From NCBI RefSeq assembly GCF_009914755.1, contig NC_060948.1: 64,000 bases of DNA; one strand, written 5' to 3'. Positions 28,095 through 42,286 of this stretch are shown here, piece after piece. The stretch comes from the human T2T-CHM13v2.0 reference genome, Homo sapiens. The notes beneath the pieces were generated by a model. The model did not search any database. It was not told the DNA's origin and saw only the letters and a program-made list of their open reading frames with translations. The position numbers were made by a program, and so were the translations under genes. Within the stretch, counting starts at the first letter, position 1. Each line of letters opens with the position of its first letter.

Positions 28095-31000
28095 GGCCTG
28101 GAATAAAGTGGAATGCTACGGTCTCGAATGGAATAAAAATGTATGGAATGGAATGCAATGAAACGGAATCGAATGTCATAGAATGTAATGGAATGCAAAA
28201 AAATGGAATCCAAAATCATTGACTGGAAAGGCTGGGTGTCGAAAGGAATTGACTCCAATGGAATGGAATCGAATGGAATGGAAGTGAATAGAATCAAACT
28301 AAATCGAATGGAATGGAATTGATAGGAACGGAATGGAAAGGAATGCAATGATTTGGCATGGAGTGGAATCGAATGGCATCGAATGGAATGGAATGGAATG
28401 CAATGGAATGGAATGTATTAGAATGTAATGAACTTTAATGGAATGTACTCGAATGGATTCGACTGGAATGGAATGTTCTGGAAATGAATGGACTCCAATG
28501 GAATGGATTCCAAAGGAATGGAATCGTACGGAATGGAATCTAATGGAATGGAATTAAATGGAAATGAATCAAATTGAATAGCACGGAATTGAATTGAATG
28601 GAATGGAATGCAATGGAATCTAATGAAACGGAAAGGAAAGGAATGGAATGGAATGGAATGGACTGGAATGGAAAGGAATCGAAACGAATGGAATGGAATC
28701 GAACTGAAGAGACTGGAATGGAATGCACTGGAATGGAAGGGAGTGTAATGGAAGGTTCTCGAAAAAAATGGAATCGAATGGAATGGAATTGAATGGAACG
28801 GAATAGAGTCGAATGGAATTGAATGGTATGGAATGGACTAGAGTGAAATGGAATCGAACCACAAGGAATGGACAGGAATAGAATGGTCTCGAATTGAATG
28901 GAATCGTATAGAATGGCATCAAACGGAATGGAATGGACAGCCACGCAATGGAATGCACTCGAATGCAATGGAGTCGAAACTAATGGACTGGAATAGAATG
29001 GACTCGACTGGTACGGACTCCAATGGAATGGAATCGAATGGAAGGGAATCGAACGGAATGGACTCGAAGGGAAAAGACTGCAATGGAAAGGTCTCGAATG
29101 GAATGGAAATTAATGGAATGGAATGGAATCGAATGAAATGGAGTCAAAAGGAATGGAATCGAATGGCAAGAAATCGAATGTAATGGAATCGCAAGGAATT
29201 GATGTGAACGGAACGGAATGGAATGGAATCCAAAGGAATGGAATAGAATGGAATGGAATCGAATGGAAAGGACTCGAATGGAAATCACTCGAATAGAATG
29301 CAATTTAATAAAATAGGATCAAATGTAATGGAATGGAATGGAAAGGAATCGAAACGAAAGGAATGGAGACAGATGGAATGGAATAGAACAGAGAGCAATG
29401 GTATAGAATGGAATGGAATCATCTGGAATGGAATTGAATGGAATGGAATAATATGAAATGGAATGGAATGGAATGGAATGGAATGCCCTTGAATTAAATG
29501 GAATGGAATGGAATGGACTCGAACAGAGTGGAATGGAAAGTGTTGAGATAGAATGGAATGGACTCCTTTGGAATGGTGTACTATGCAATGCAATCGACTG
29601 GCAGGGAATAAAAGGAATGTAATCGAATGGATTGGACTGGAATGCAATGGACTCGAATAGATTGCAAACGGAATGCAAAGGAATGGAATGGAATAGTATG
29701 GAATGGAATGGAAAGGAATGGAGTGGAATAGACTAGAGTGGAATGGAATGGACTGGAAAGCAATGGACTGGAATGGAACTTTCTTGAATGGACTGGAATC
29801 AAACGGAATGGAATGCAATGCAATCAAATGGCATGGAATAAAATAGAATGAAAGAGAATCAAATGGAATTGAATCGAATGGAATCGAATGGATTGGAAAG
29901 GAATAGAATGGAATGGAATGGAATGGACTAGAATGGAATGGATTCGAATGGAAGGCAAAGGAATGGAATCTATTGGAATGGACTGTAATGGAATGGAATG
30001 GAAGGGATTGGAATGGACTCGAATGGAATTGACTGCAATAGAACGGATTCGAATGGAATGAAAAAGAATTGAATGGAATAGAACAGAATGGAATCAAATC
30101 GAATGAAATGGAATGGAATAGAAAGGAATGGAATGAAATGGAATGGAAAGGATTCGAATGGAATGCAATCGAATGGAATGGAATCGAATGGAATGGAATA
30201 AAATGGAAGAAAACTGGCAAGAAATGGAATCGAAATGAATGGAGTGTTATGGAACGGACTCAAAAGGAATTGAATGTAATAGAATGGAGTGGAGTGGACT
30301 CGAATATAATGGACTGGAATGGAATGAAATCACATGGAATGGGAACGAATGGAATGGAATGGAAAGGAATGGAATCGAATGGAAAGGAATCGAATGGAAG
30401 GGAATGAAATTGAATCAACAGGAATGGAAGGGAATAGAATAGACGGTAATGGAATGGACTCGAATAGAATGGACACGAATGCTCAAATTGAATGGACTCG
30501 AATGGAATGGAAACGAAAGGAATGTCATCGAATGGAATTGAATCGATTGGAATGAAATCGCATAGAATGGAGTGGAATCAAATGGAATTGAATCGAAAGG
30601 AAAGGAAGCGAATGGACTGAAATGAAATGGAATGGAATTGAATGGAAAGTAATGCAATGGAATAGAATGGAACGAAATTTCACGGAATGGAATCAAACTG
30701 AATGGAATCAAATCAATGGAATCCAATCAAATGGAATGGAGTAGATTGGATTGGATGGGATTGGAATGAAATGTACTGGAAAGGACTCGAATTTCATGAA
30801 ACGGAATGGAATGAATTGGAACGGAATGGACTCGAATGGAATGGAATGTCATAGAATGGCATCAAATGGAATGGCATCAAATGGAATGGAATCGAATGCA
30901 ATGGAATGCTATGGAATGGAATGGAATGCATTGGAATGGAATGTGCTCTAATGGAATGGATTCGAGTGGAATGGAATCGAATATAATGGAGTCGAATGAA

Positions 31001-31606
31001 ATGGAATTGAAAGGAATGGGATCGAATACAATGGAATATACTGGAATGTAATGTAATGAACTGGAATGTAATTGACTGGAATGGAATGTACATGAATGGA
31101 ATGTAATCGAATGGAAAGTAATCCAATGGAATAGAATCTAATGCAATAAAATCGACTCAGATAGAGTAGAATGTAATGGAATGGAGTGCAGTGCAATGGA
31201 ATGGAATGGAATGGAATGCAATGGAATGGAATGGAATGGAATGGGATGGAATGGTATGGAATGGATAGTAATGGACTGGAGTGAAATGGACTGGAAAGGA
31301 ATGGACTCAAATTGAAAGGGCTCGAAAGGAATGGAGTCAAATGGAATGGTCTGGAATGGAATGAACACGAATGTAATGCAATCCAATAGAATGGAATCGA
31401 ATGGCATGGAATATAAAGAAATGGAATCGAAGAGAATGGAAACAAATGGAATGGAATTGAATGGAATGGAATTGAATGGAATGGGAACGAATGGAGTGAA
31501 ATTGTATGCAGTAGAAGGGAATAGAATGGAATGCAAGCGAAAGGAAAGAATGGATTGGAATGGAATGGAATTCATTGGAATGGAAGGGAATGTAGTGTAA
31601 TGGACA
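28095..31606 (+). repeat. DYZ1 monomer 9 (3512 bp; two 15-bp and two 1-bp deletions)
   Basis: GGCC at 28095 and 31607. Confidence 0.92.
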
Positions 31607-34600
31607 GGCCTGGAATAAAGTGGAATGCTACGGTCTCGAATGGAATAAAAATGTATGGAATGGAATGCAATGAAACGGAATCGAATGACATAGAATGTAA
31701 TGGAATGCAAAAAAATGTAATCCAAAATCATTGACAGGAAAGGCTGGGTGTCGAAAGGAAATAACTGCAATGGAATGGAATCGAATGGAATGGAAGTGAA
31801 TAGAATCGAACTAAATCGAATGGAATGGAATTGATAGGAACGGAATGGAAAGGAATGCAATGATTTGGCATGGAATGGAATCGAATGGCATCGAACGGAA
31901 TGGAATGGAATGCAATGGAATGGAATGTATTGGAATGTAATGAACATTAATGGAATGTACTCGAATGGATTCGACTGGAATGGAATGTTCTGGAAGTGAA
32001 TGGACTCCAATGGAATGGATTCGAAAGGAATGGAATCGAACGGAATGGATTCTAATGGAATGGAATTAAATGGAAATGAATCAAATTGAATAGCACGGAA
32101 TTGAATTGAATGGAATCGAATGCAATGGAATCTAATGAAACGGAAAGGAAAGAATGGAATGGAATGGAATGGGCTGGAATGGAAAGGAATCGAAACGAAT
32201 GGAATGGAATCGAACTGAAGAGACTGGAATGGAATGCACTGGAATGGAAGGGAGTGTAATGGAAGGTTCTCGAAAAAAATGGAATCGAATGGAATGGAAT
32301 TGAATGGAACGGAATAGAGTCGAATGGAATTGAATGGAATGGAATGGACTAGAGTGAAATGGAATCGAACCACAAGGAATGGAGAGGAATAGAATGGTCT
32401 CGAATTGAATGGAATCGTATGGAATGGCATCAAACGGAATGGAATGGACAGCCACGGAATGGAATGCACTCGAATGCAATGGAGTCGAAACTAATGGACT
32501 GGAATAGAATGGACTCGACTGGTACGGACTCCAATGGAATGGAATCGAATGGAAGGGAATCGAACGGAATGGACTCGAAGGGAAAAGACTGCAATGGAAA
32601 GGTCTCGAATGGAATGGAAATTAATGGAATGGAATGGAATCGAATGAAATGGAGTCAAAAGGAATGGAATCGAATGGCAAGAAATCGAATGTAATGTAAT
32701 CGCAAGGAATTGATGTGAACGGAACGGAATGGAATGGAATCCAAAGGAATGGAATAGAATGGAATGGAATCGAATGGAAAGGACTCGAATGGAAATCACT
32801 CGAATAGAATGCAATTTAATAAAATAGGATCAAATGTAATGGAATGGAATGGAAAGGAATCGAAACGAAAGGAATGGAGACAGATGGAATGGAATGGAAC
32901 AGAGAGCAATGGTATAGAATGGAATGGAATCATCTGGAATGGAATTGAATGGAATGGAATAATATGAAATGGAATGGAATGGAATGGAATGGAATGCCCT
33001 TGAATTAAATGGACTGGACTCGAACAGAGTGGAATGGAAAGTGTTGAGATAGAATGCAATGGACTCCTTTGGAATGGTCTAGTATGCAATGCAATCGACT
33101 GGCAGGGAATCAAAAGGAATGTAATGGAATGGATTGGACTGGAATGCAATGGACTCGAATAGATTGGAAACGGAATGCAAAGGAATGGAATGGAATAGTA
33201 TGGAATGGAATGGAAAGGAATGGAGTGGAATAGACTAGAGTGGAATGGAATGGACTGGAAAGCAATGGACTGGAATGGAACATTCTTGAATGGACTGGAA
33301 TCAAACGGAATGGAATGCAATGCAATCAAATGGCATGGAATAAAATAGAATGAAAGAGAATCAAATGGAATTGAATCGAATGGAATCGAATGGATTGGAA
33401 AGGAATAGAATGGAATGGAATGGAATTGACTCAAATGGAATGGACTACAATGGAATGGATTCGAATGGAAGGCAAAGGAATGGAATCTATTGGAATGGAC
33501 TGTAATGGAATGGAATGGAAGGGATTGGAATGGACTCGAATGGAATGGACTGCAATAGAAAGGATTCGAATGGAATGAAAAAGAATTGAATGGAATAGAA
33601 CAGAATGGAATCAAATCGAATGAAATGGAATGGAATAGGAAGGAATGGAATGAAATGGAATGGAAAGGATTCGAATGGAATGTAATCGAATGGAATGGAA
33701 TCGAACGGAATGGAATAAAATGGAAGAAAACTGGCAAGAAATGGAATCGAAATGAATGGAGTGTTATGGAACGGACTCAAAAGGAATTGAATGTAATAGA
33801 ATGGAGTGGAGTGGACTCGAATATAATGGACTGGAATGGAATGAAATCACATGGAATGGGAACGAATGGAATGGAATGGAAAGGAATGGAATCGAATGGA
33901 AAGGAATCGAATGGAAGGGAATGAAACTGAATCAACAGGAATGGAAGGGAATAGAATAGACGGTAATGGAATGGACTCGAATAGAATGGACACGAATGCT
34001 CAAATTGAATGGACTCGAATGGAATGGAAACGAAAGGAATGTCATCGAATGGAATTGAATCGATTGGAATGAAATCGCATAGAATGGAGTGGAATCAAAT
34101 GGAATTGAATCGAAAGGAAAGGAAGCGAATGGACTGAAATGAAATGGAATGGAATTGAATGGAAAGTAATGCAATGGAATAGAATGGAACGAAATTTCAC
34201 GGAATGGAATCAAACTGAATGGAATCAAATCAATGGAATCAAATCAAATGGAATGGAAAGGAATTGAATGGAGTAGATTGGATTGGATGGGATTGGAATG
34301 AAATGTACTGGAAAGGACTCGAATTTCATGAAACGGAATGGAATGAATTGGAACGGAATGGACTCGAATGGAATGGAATGTCATGGAATGGCATCAAATG
34401 GAATGGCATCAAATGGAATGGAATCGAATGCAATGGAATGCTATGGAATGGAATGGAATGCATTGGAATGGAATGTCCTCTAATGGAATGGATTCGAGTG
34501 GAATGGAATCGAATATAATGGAGTCGAATGAAATGGAATTGAAAGGAATGGGATCGAATACAATGGAATATACTGGAATGTAACGTAATGAACTCGAATG

Positions 34601-35154
34601 TAATTGACTGGAATGGAATGTACATGAATGGAATGTAATCGAATGGAAAGTAATGCAATGGAATAGAATCTAATGCAATAAAATCGACTCAGATACAGTA
34701 GAATGTAATGGAATGGAGTGCAGTGCAATGGAATGGAATGGAATGGAATGCAATGGAATGGAATGGAATGGAATGGAATGGAATGGAATGGGATGGAATG
34801 GTATGGAATGGATAGTAATGGACTGGAGTGAAATGGACTGGAAAGGAATGGACTCAAATTGAAAGGGCTCGAAAGGAATGGAGTCAAATGGAATGGTCTG
34901 GAATGGAATGAACACGAATGTAATGCAATCCAATAGAATGGAATCGAATGGCATGGAATATAAAGAAATGGAATCGAAGAGAATGGAAACAAATGGAATG
35001 GAATTGAATGGAATGGAATTGAATGGAATGGGAACGAATGGAGTGAAATTGTATGCAGTAGAAGGGAATAGAATGGAATGCAAGCGAAAGGAAAGGAATG
35101 GATTGGAATGGAATGGAATTCATTGGAATGGAAGGGAATGTAGTGTAATGGACA
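31607..35154 (+). repeat. DYZ1 monomer 10 (3548 bp)
   Basis: GGCC at 31607 and 35155. Confidence 0.92.
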
Positions 35155-38100
35155 GGCCTGGAATAAAGTGGAATGCTACGGTCTCGAATGGAATAAAAAT
35201 GTATGGAATGGAATGCAATGAAACGGAATCGAATGTCATAGAATGTAATGGAATGCAAAAAAATGGAATCCAAAATCATTGACTGGAAAGGCTGGGTGTC
35301 GAAAGGAATTGACTCCAATGGAATGGAATCGAATGGAGTGGAAGTGAATAGAATCGAACTAAATCGAATGGAATGGAATTGATAGGAACGGAATGGAAAG
35401 GAATGCAATGATTTGGCACGGAATGGAATCGAATGGCATCGAATGGAATGGAATGGAATGCAATGGAATGGAACGTATTAGAATGTAATGAACTTTAATG
35501 GAATGTACTCGAATGGATTCGACTGGAATGGAATGTTCTGGAAGTGAATGGACTCCAATGGAATGGATTCAAAAGGAATGGAATCGTACGGAATGGAATC
35601 TAATGGAATGGAATTAAATGGAAATGAATCAAATTGAATAGCATGGAATTGAATTGAATGGAATCGAATGCAATGGAATCTAATGAAACGGAAAGGAAAG
35701 GAATGGAATGGAATGGAATGGGATGGAATGGAAAGGAATCGAAACGAATGGAATGGAATCGAACTGAAGAGACTGGAATGGTCTGCACTGGAATGGAAGG
35801 GAGTGTAATGGAAGGTTCTCGAAAAAAATGGAATCGAATGGAATGGAATTGAATGGAACGGAATAGAGTCGAATGGAATTGAATGGAATGGAATGGACTA
35901 GAGTGAAATGGAATCGAACCACAAGGAATGGACAGGAATAGAATGGTCTCGAATTGAATGGAATCGTATGGAATGGCATCAAACGGAATGGAATGGACAG
36001 CCACGGAATGGAATGCACTCGAATGCAATGGAGTCGAAACTAATGGACTGGAATAGAATGGACTCGACTGGTACGGACTCCAATGGAATGGAATCGAATG
36101 GAAGGGAATCGAACGGAATGGACTCGAAGGGAAAAGACTGCAATGGAAAGGTCTCGAATGGAATGCAAATTAATGGAATGGAATGGAATCGAATGAAATG
36201 GAGTCAAAAGGAATGGAATCGAATGGCAAGAAATCGAATGTAATGGAATCGCAAGGAATTGATGTGAACGGAACGGAATGGAATGGAATCCAAAGGAATG
36301 GAATAGAATGGAATGGAATCGAATGGAAAGGACTCGAATGGAAATCACTCGAATAGAATGCAATTTAATAAAATAGGACCAAATGTAATGGAATGGAATG
36401 GAAAGGAATCGAAACGAAAGGAATGGAGACAGATGGAATGGAATGGAACAGAGAGCAATGGTATAGAATGGAATGGAATCATCTGGAATGGAATTGAATG
36501 GAATGGAATAATATGAAATGGAATGGAATGGAATGGAATGGAATGCCCTTGAATTAAATGGACTGGAATGGAATGGATTCGAACAGAGTGGAATGGAAAG
36601 TGTTGAGATAGAATGGAATGGACTCGTTTGGAATGGTCTAGTATGCAATGCAATCGACTGGCAGGGTATCAAAAGGAATGTAATGGAATGGATTGGACTG
36701 GAATGCAATGGACTCGAATAGATTGCAAACGGAATGCAAAGGAATGGAATGGAATAGTATGGAATGGAATGGAAAGGAATGGAGTGGAATAGACTAGAGT
36801 GGAATGGAATGGACTGGAAAGAAATGGACTGGAATGGAACTTTCTTGGATGGACTGGAATCAAACGGAATGGAATGCAATGCAATCAAATGGCATGGAAT
36901 AAAATAGAATGAAAGAGAATCAAATGGAATTGAATCGAATGGAATCGAATGGATTGGAAAGGAATAGAACGGAATGGAATGGAATTGACTCAAATGGAAT
37001 GGACCAGAATGGAATGGATTCGAATGGAAGGCAAAGGAATGGAATCTATTGGAATGGACTGTAATGGAATGGAATGGAAGGGATTGGAATGGACTCGAAT
37101 GGAATGGACTGCAATAGAAAGGATTCGAATGGAATGAAAAAGAATTGAATGGAATAGAACAGAATGGAATCAAATCGAATGAAATGGAATGGAATAGAAA
37201 GGAATGGAATGAAATGGAATGGAAAGGATTCGAATGGAATGCAATCGAATGGAATGGAATCGAACGGAATGGAATAAAATGGAAGAAAACTGGCAAGAAA
37301 TGGAATCGAAATGAATGGAGTGTTATGGAACGGACTCAAAAGGAATTGAATGTAATAGAATGGAGTGGAGTGGACTCGAATATAATGGACTGGAATGGAA
37401 TGAAATCACATGGAATGGGAACGAATGGAATGGAATGGAAAGGAATGGAATCGAATGGAAAGGAATCGAATGGAAGGGAATGAAATTGAATCAACAGGAA
37501 TGGAAGGGAATAGAATAGACGGTAATGGAATGGACTCGAATAGAATGGACATGAATGCTCAAATTGAATGGACTCGAATGGAATGGAAACGAAAGGAATG
37601 TCATCGAATGGAATTGAATCGATTGGAATGAAATCGCATAGAATGGAGTGGAATCAAATGGAATTGAATCGAAAGGAAAGGAAGCGAATGGACTGAAATG
37701 AAATGGAATGGAATTGAATGGAAAGTAATGCAATGGAATAGAATGGAACGAAATTTCACGGAATGGAATCAAACTGAATGGAATCAAATCAATGGAAGCC
37801 AATCAAATGGAATGGAAAGGAATTGAATGGAGTAGATTGGATTGGATGGGATTGGAATGAAATGTACTGGAAAGGACTCGAATTTCATGAAACGGAATGG
37901 AATGAATTGGAACGGAATGGACTCGAATGGAATGGAATGTCATGGAATGGCATCAAATGGAATGGCATCAAATGGAATGGAATCGAATGCAATGGAATGC
38001 TATGGAATGGAATGGAATGCATTGGAATGGAATGTCCTCTAATGGAATGGATTCGAGTGGAATGGAATCGAATATAATGGAGTCGAATGAAATGGAATTG

Positions 38101-38728
38101 AAAGGAATGGGATCGAATACAATGGAATATACTGGAATGAAATGTAATGAACTCGAATGTAATTGACTGGAATGGAATGTACATGAATGGAATGTAATCG
38201 AATGGAAAGTAATCCAATGGAATAGAATCTAATGCAATAAAATCGACTCAGATAGAGTAGAATGTAATGGAATGGAGTGCAGTGCAATGGAATGGAATGG
38301 AATGGAATGCAATAGAATGGAATGGAATGGAATGGAATGGAATTTAATGGAATGGGATGGAATGGTATGGAATGGAATGGAATGGATAGTAATGGACTGG
38401 AGTGAAATGGACTGGAAAGGAATGGACTCAAATTGAAAGGGCTCGAAAGGAATGGAGTCAAATGGAATGGTCTGGAATGGAATGAACACGAATGTAATGC
38501 AATCCAATAGAATGGTATCGAATGGCATGGAATATAAAGAAATGGAATCGAAGAGAATGGAAACAAATGGAATGGAATTGAATGGAATGGAATTGAATGG
38601 AATGGGAACGAATGGAGTGAAATTGTATGCAGTAGAAGGTAATAGAATGGAATGCAAGCGAAAGGAAAGGAATGGATTGGAATGGAATGGAATTCATTGG
38701 AATGGAAGGGAATGTAGTGTAATGGACA
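35155..38728 (+). repeat. DYZ1 monomer 11 (3574 bp)
   Basis: GGCC at 35155; the downstream landmark is mutated to GGTC at 38729. Confidence 0.92.
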
Positions 38729-41700
38729 GGTCTGGAATAAAGTGGAATGCTACGGTCTCAATGGAATAAAAATGTATGGAATGGAATGCAATGAAACGGA
38801 ATCGAATGTCATAGAATGTAATGGAATGCAAAAAAATGGAATCCAAAATCATTGACTGGAAAGGCTGGGTGTCGAAAGGAATTGACTCCAATGGAATGGA
38901 ATCGAATGGAATGGAAGTGAATAGAATCGAACTAAATCGAATGGAATGGAATTGATAGGAACGGAATGGAAAGGAATGCAATGATTTGGCATGGAATGGA
39001 ATCGAATGGCATCGAATGGAATGGAATGGAATGCAATGGAATGGAATGTATTAGAATGTAATGAACTTTAATGGAATGTACTCGAATGGATTCGACTGGA
39101 ATGGAATGTTCTGGAAGTGAATGGACTCCAATGGAATAGATTCAAAAGGAATGGAATCGTACGGAATGGAATCTAATGGAATGGAATTAAATGGAAATGA
39201 ATCAAATTGAATAGCACGGAATTGAATGGAATGGAATGGAATGCAATGGAATCTAATGAAACGGAAAGGAAAGGAATGGAATGGAATGGAATGGGCTGGA
39301 ATGGAAAGGAATCGAAACGAATGGAATGGAATCGAACTGAAGAGACTGGAATGGAATGCACTGGAATGGAAGGGAGTGTAATGGAAGGTTCTCGAAAAAA
39401 ATGGAATCGAATGGAATGGAATTGAATGGAACGGAATAGAGTCGAATGGAATTGAATGGAATGGAATGGACTAGAGTGAAATGGAATCGAACCACAAGGA
39501 ATGGAGAGGAATAGAATGGTCTCGAATTGAATGGAATCGTATGGAATGGCATCAAACGGAATGGAATGGACAGCCACGGAATGGAATGCACTCGAATGCA
39601 ATGGAGTCGAAACTAATGGACTGGAATAGAATGGACTCGACTGGTACGGACTCCAATGAAATGGAATCGAATGGAAGGGAATCGAACGGAATGGACTCGA
39701 AGGGAAAAGACTGCAATGGAAAGGTCTCGAATGGAATGGAAATTAATGGAATGGAATGGAATCGAATGAAATGGAGTCAAAAGGAATGGAATCGAATGGC
39801 AAGAAATCGAATGTAATGGAATCGCAAGGAATTGATGTGAACGGAACGGAATGGAATGGAATCCAAAGGAATGGAATAGAATGGAATGGAATCGAATGGA
39901 AAGGACTCGAATGGAAATCACTCGAATAGAATGCAATTTAATAAAATAGGATCAAATGTAATGGAATGGAATGGAAAGGAATCGAAACCAAAGGAATGGA
40001 GACAGATGGAATGGAATGGAACAGAGAGCAATGGTATAGAATGGAATGGAATCATCTGGAATGGAATTGAATGGAATGGAATAATATGAAATGGAATGGA
40101 ATGGAATGGAATGGAATGCCCTTGAATTAAATGGACTGGAATGGAATGGACTCGAACAGAGTGGAATGGAAAGTGTTGAGATAGAATGGAATGGACTCCT
40201 TTGGAATGGTGTAGTATGCAATGCAATCGACTGGCAGGGAATCAAAAGGAATGTAATGGAATGGACTGGACTGGAATGCAATGGACTCGAATAGATTGGA
40301 AACGGAATGCAAAGAAATGGAATGGAATAGTATGGAATGGAATGGAAAGGAATGGAGTGGAATAGACTAGAGTGGAATGGAATGGACTGGAAAACAATGG
40401 ACTGGAATGGAACTTTCTTGAATGGACTGGAATCAAACGGAATGGAATGCAATGCAATCAAATGGCATGGAATAAAATAGAATGAAAGAGAATCAAATGG
40501 AATTGAATCGAATGGAATCGAATGGATTGGAAAGGAATAGAATGGAATGGAATGGAATTGACTCAAATGGAATGGACTAGAATGGAATGGATTCGAATGG
40601 AAGGCAAAGGAATGGAATCTATTGGAATGGACTGTAATGGAATGGAATGGAAGGGATTGGAATGGACTCGAATGGAATGGACTGCAATAGAAAGGATTCG
40701 AATGGAATGAAAAAGAATTGAATGGAATAGAACAGAATGGAATCAAATCGAATGAAATGGAATGGAATAGAAAGGAATGGAATGAAATGGAATGGAAAGG
40801 ATTCGAATGGAATGCAATCGAATGGAATGGAATCGAACGGAATGGAATAAAATGGAAGAAAACTGGCAAGAAATGGAATCGAAATGAATGGAGTGTTATG
40901 GAACGGACTCAAAAGGAATTGAATGTAATAGAATGGAGTGGAGTGGACTCGAATATAATGGACTGGAATGGAATGAAATCACATGGAATGGGAACGAATG
41001 GAATGGAATGGAAAGGAATGGAATCGAATGGAAAGGAATCGAATGGAAGGGAATGAAATTGAATCAACAGGAATGGAAGGGAATAGAATAGACGGTAATG
41101 GAATGGACTCGAATAGAATGGACACGAATGCTCAAATTGAATGGACTCGAATGGAATGGAAACGAAAGGAATGTCATCGAATGGAATTGAATCGATTGGA
41201 ATGAAATCGCATAGAATGGAGTGGAATCAAATGGAATTGAATCGAAAGGAAAGGAAGCGAATGGACTGAAATGAAATGGAATGGAATTGAATGGAAAGTA
41301 ATGCAATGGAATAGAATGGAACGAAATTTCACGGAATGGAATCAAACTGAATGGAATCAAATCAATGGAATCAAATCAAATGGAATGGAAAGGAATTGAA
41401 TGGAGTAGATTGGATTGGATGGGATTGGAATGAAATGTACTGGAAAGGACTCGAATTTCATGAAACGGAATGGAATGAATTGGAACGGAATGGACTCGAA
41501 TGGAATGGAATGTCATGGAATGGCATCAAATGGAATGGCATCAAATGGAATGGAATCGAATGCAATGGAATGCTATGGAATGGAATGGAATGCATTGGAA
41601 TGGAATGTCCTCTAATGGAATGGATTCGAGTGGAATGGAATCGAATATAATGGAGTCGAATGAAATGGAATTGAAAGGAATGGGATCGAATACAATGGAA

Positions 41701-42286
41701 TATACTGGAATGTAATGTAATGAACTCGAATGTAATTGACTGGAATGGAATGTACATGAATGGAATGTAATCGAATGGAAAGTAATCCAATGGAATAGAA
41801 TCTAATGCAATAAAACCGACTCAGATAGAGTAGAATGTAATGGAATGGAGTGCAGTGCAATGGAAGGGAATGGAATTGAATGAAATGGAATGGAATGGAA
41901 TGGAATGGAATGGAATGGAATGGGATGGAATGGTATGGAATGGATAGTAATGGACTGGAGTGAAATGGACTGGAAAGGAATGGACTCAAATTGAAAGGGC
42001 TCGAAAGGAATGGAGTCAAATGGAATGGTCTGGAATGGAATGAACACGAATGTAATGCAATCCAATAGAATGGAATCGAATGGCATGGAATATAAAGAAA
42101 TGGAATCGAAGAGAATGGAAACAAATGGAATGGAATTGAATGGAATGGAATTGAATGGAATGGGAACGAATGGAGTGAAATTGTATGCAGTAGAAGGGAA
42201 TAGAATGGAATGCAAGCGAAAGGAAAGGAATGGATTGGAATGGAATGGAATTCATTGGAATGGAAGGGAATGTAGTGTAATGGACA
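38729..42286 (+). repeat. DYZ1 monomer 12 (3558 bp; HaeIII site lost at its start)
   Basis: GGACAGGTCTGGAATAAAG at 38724-38742; next GGCC at 42287. Confidence 0.92.
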
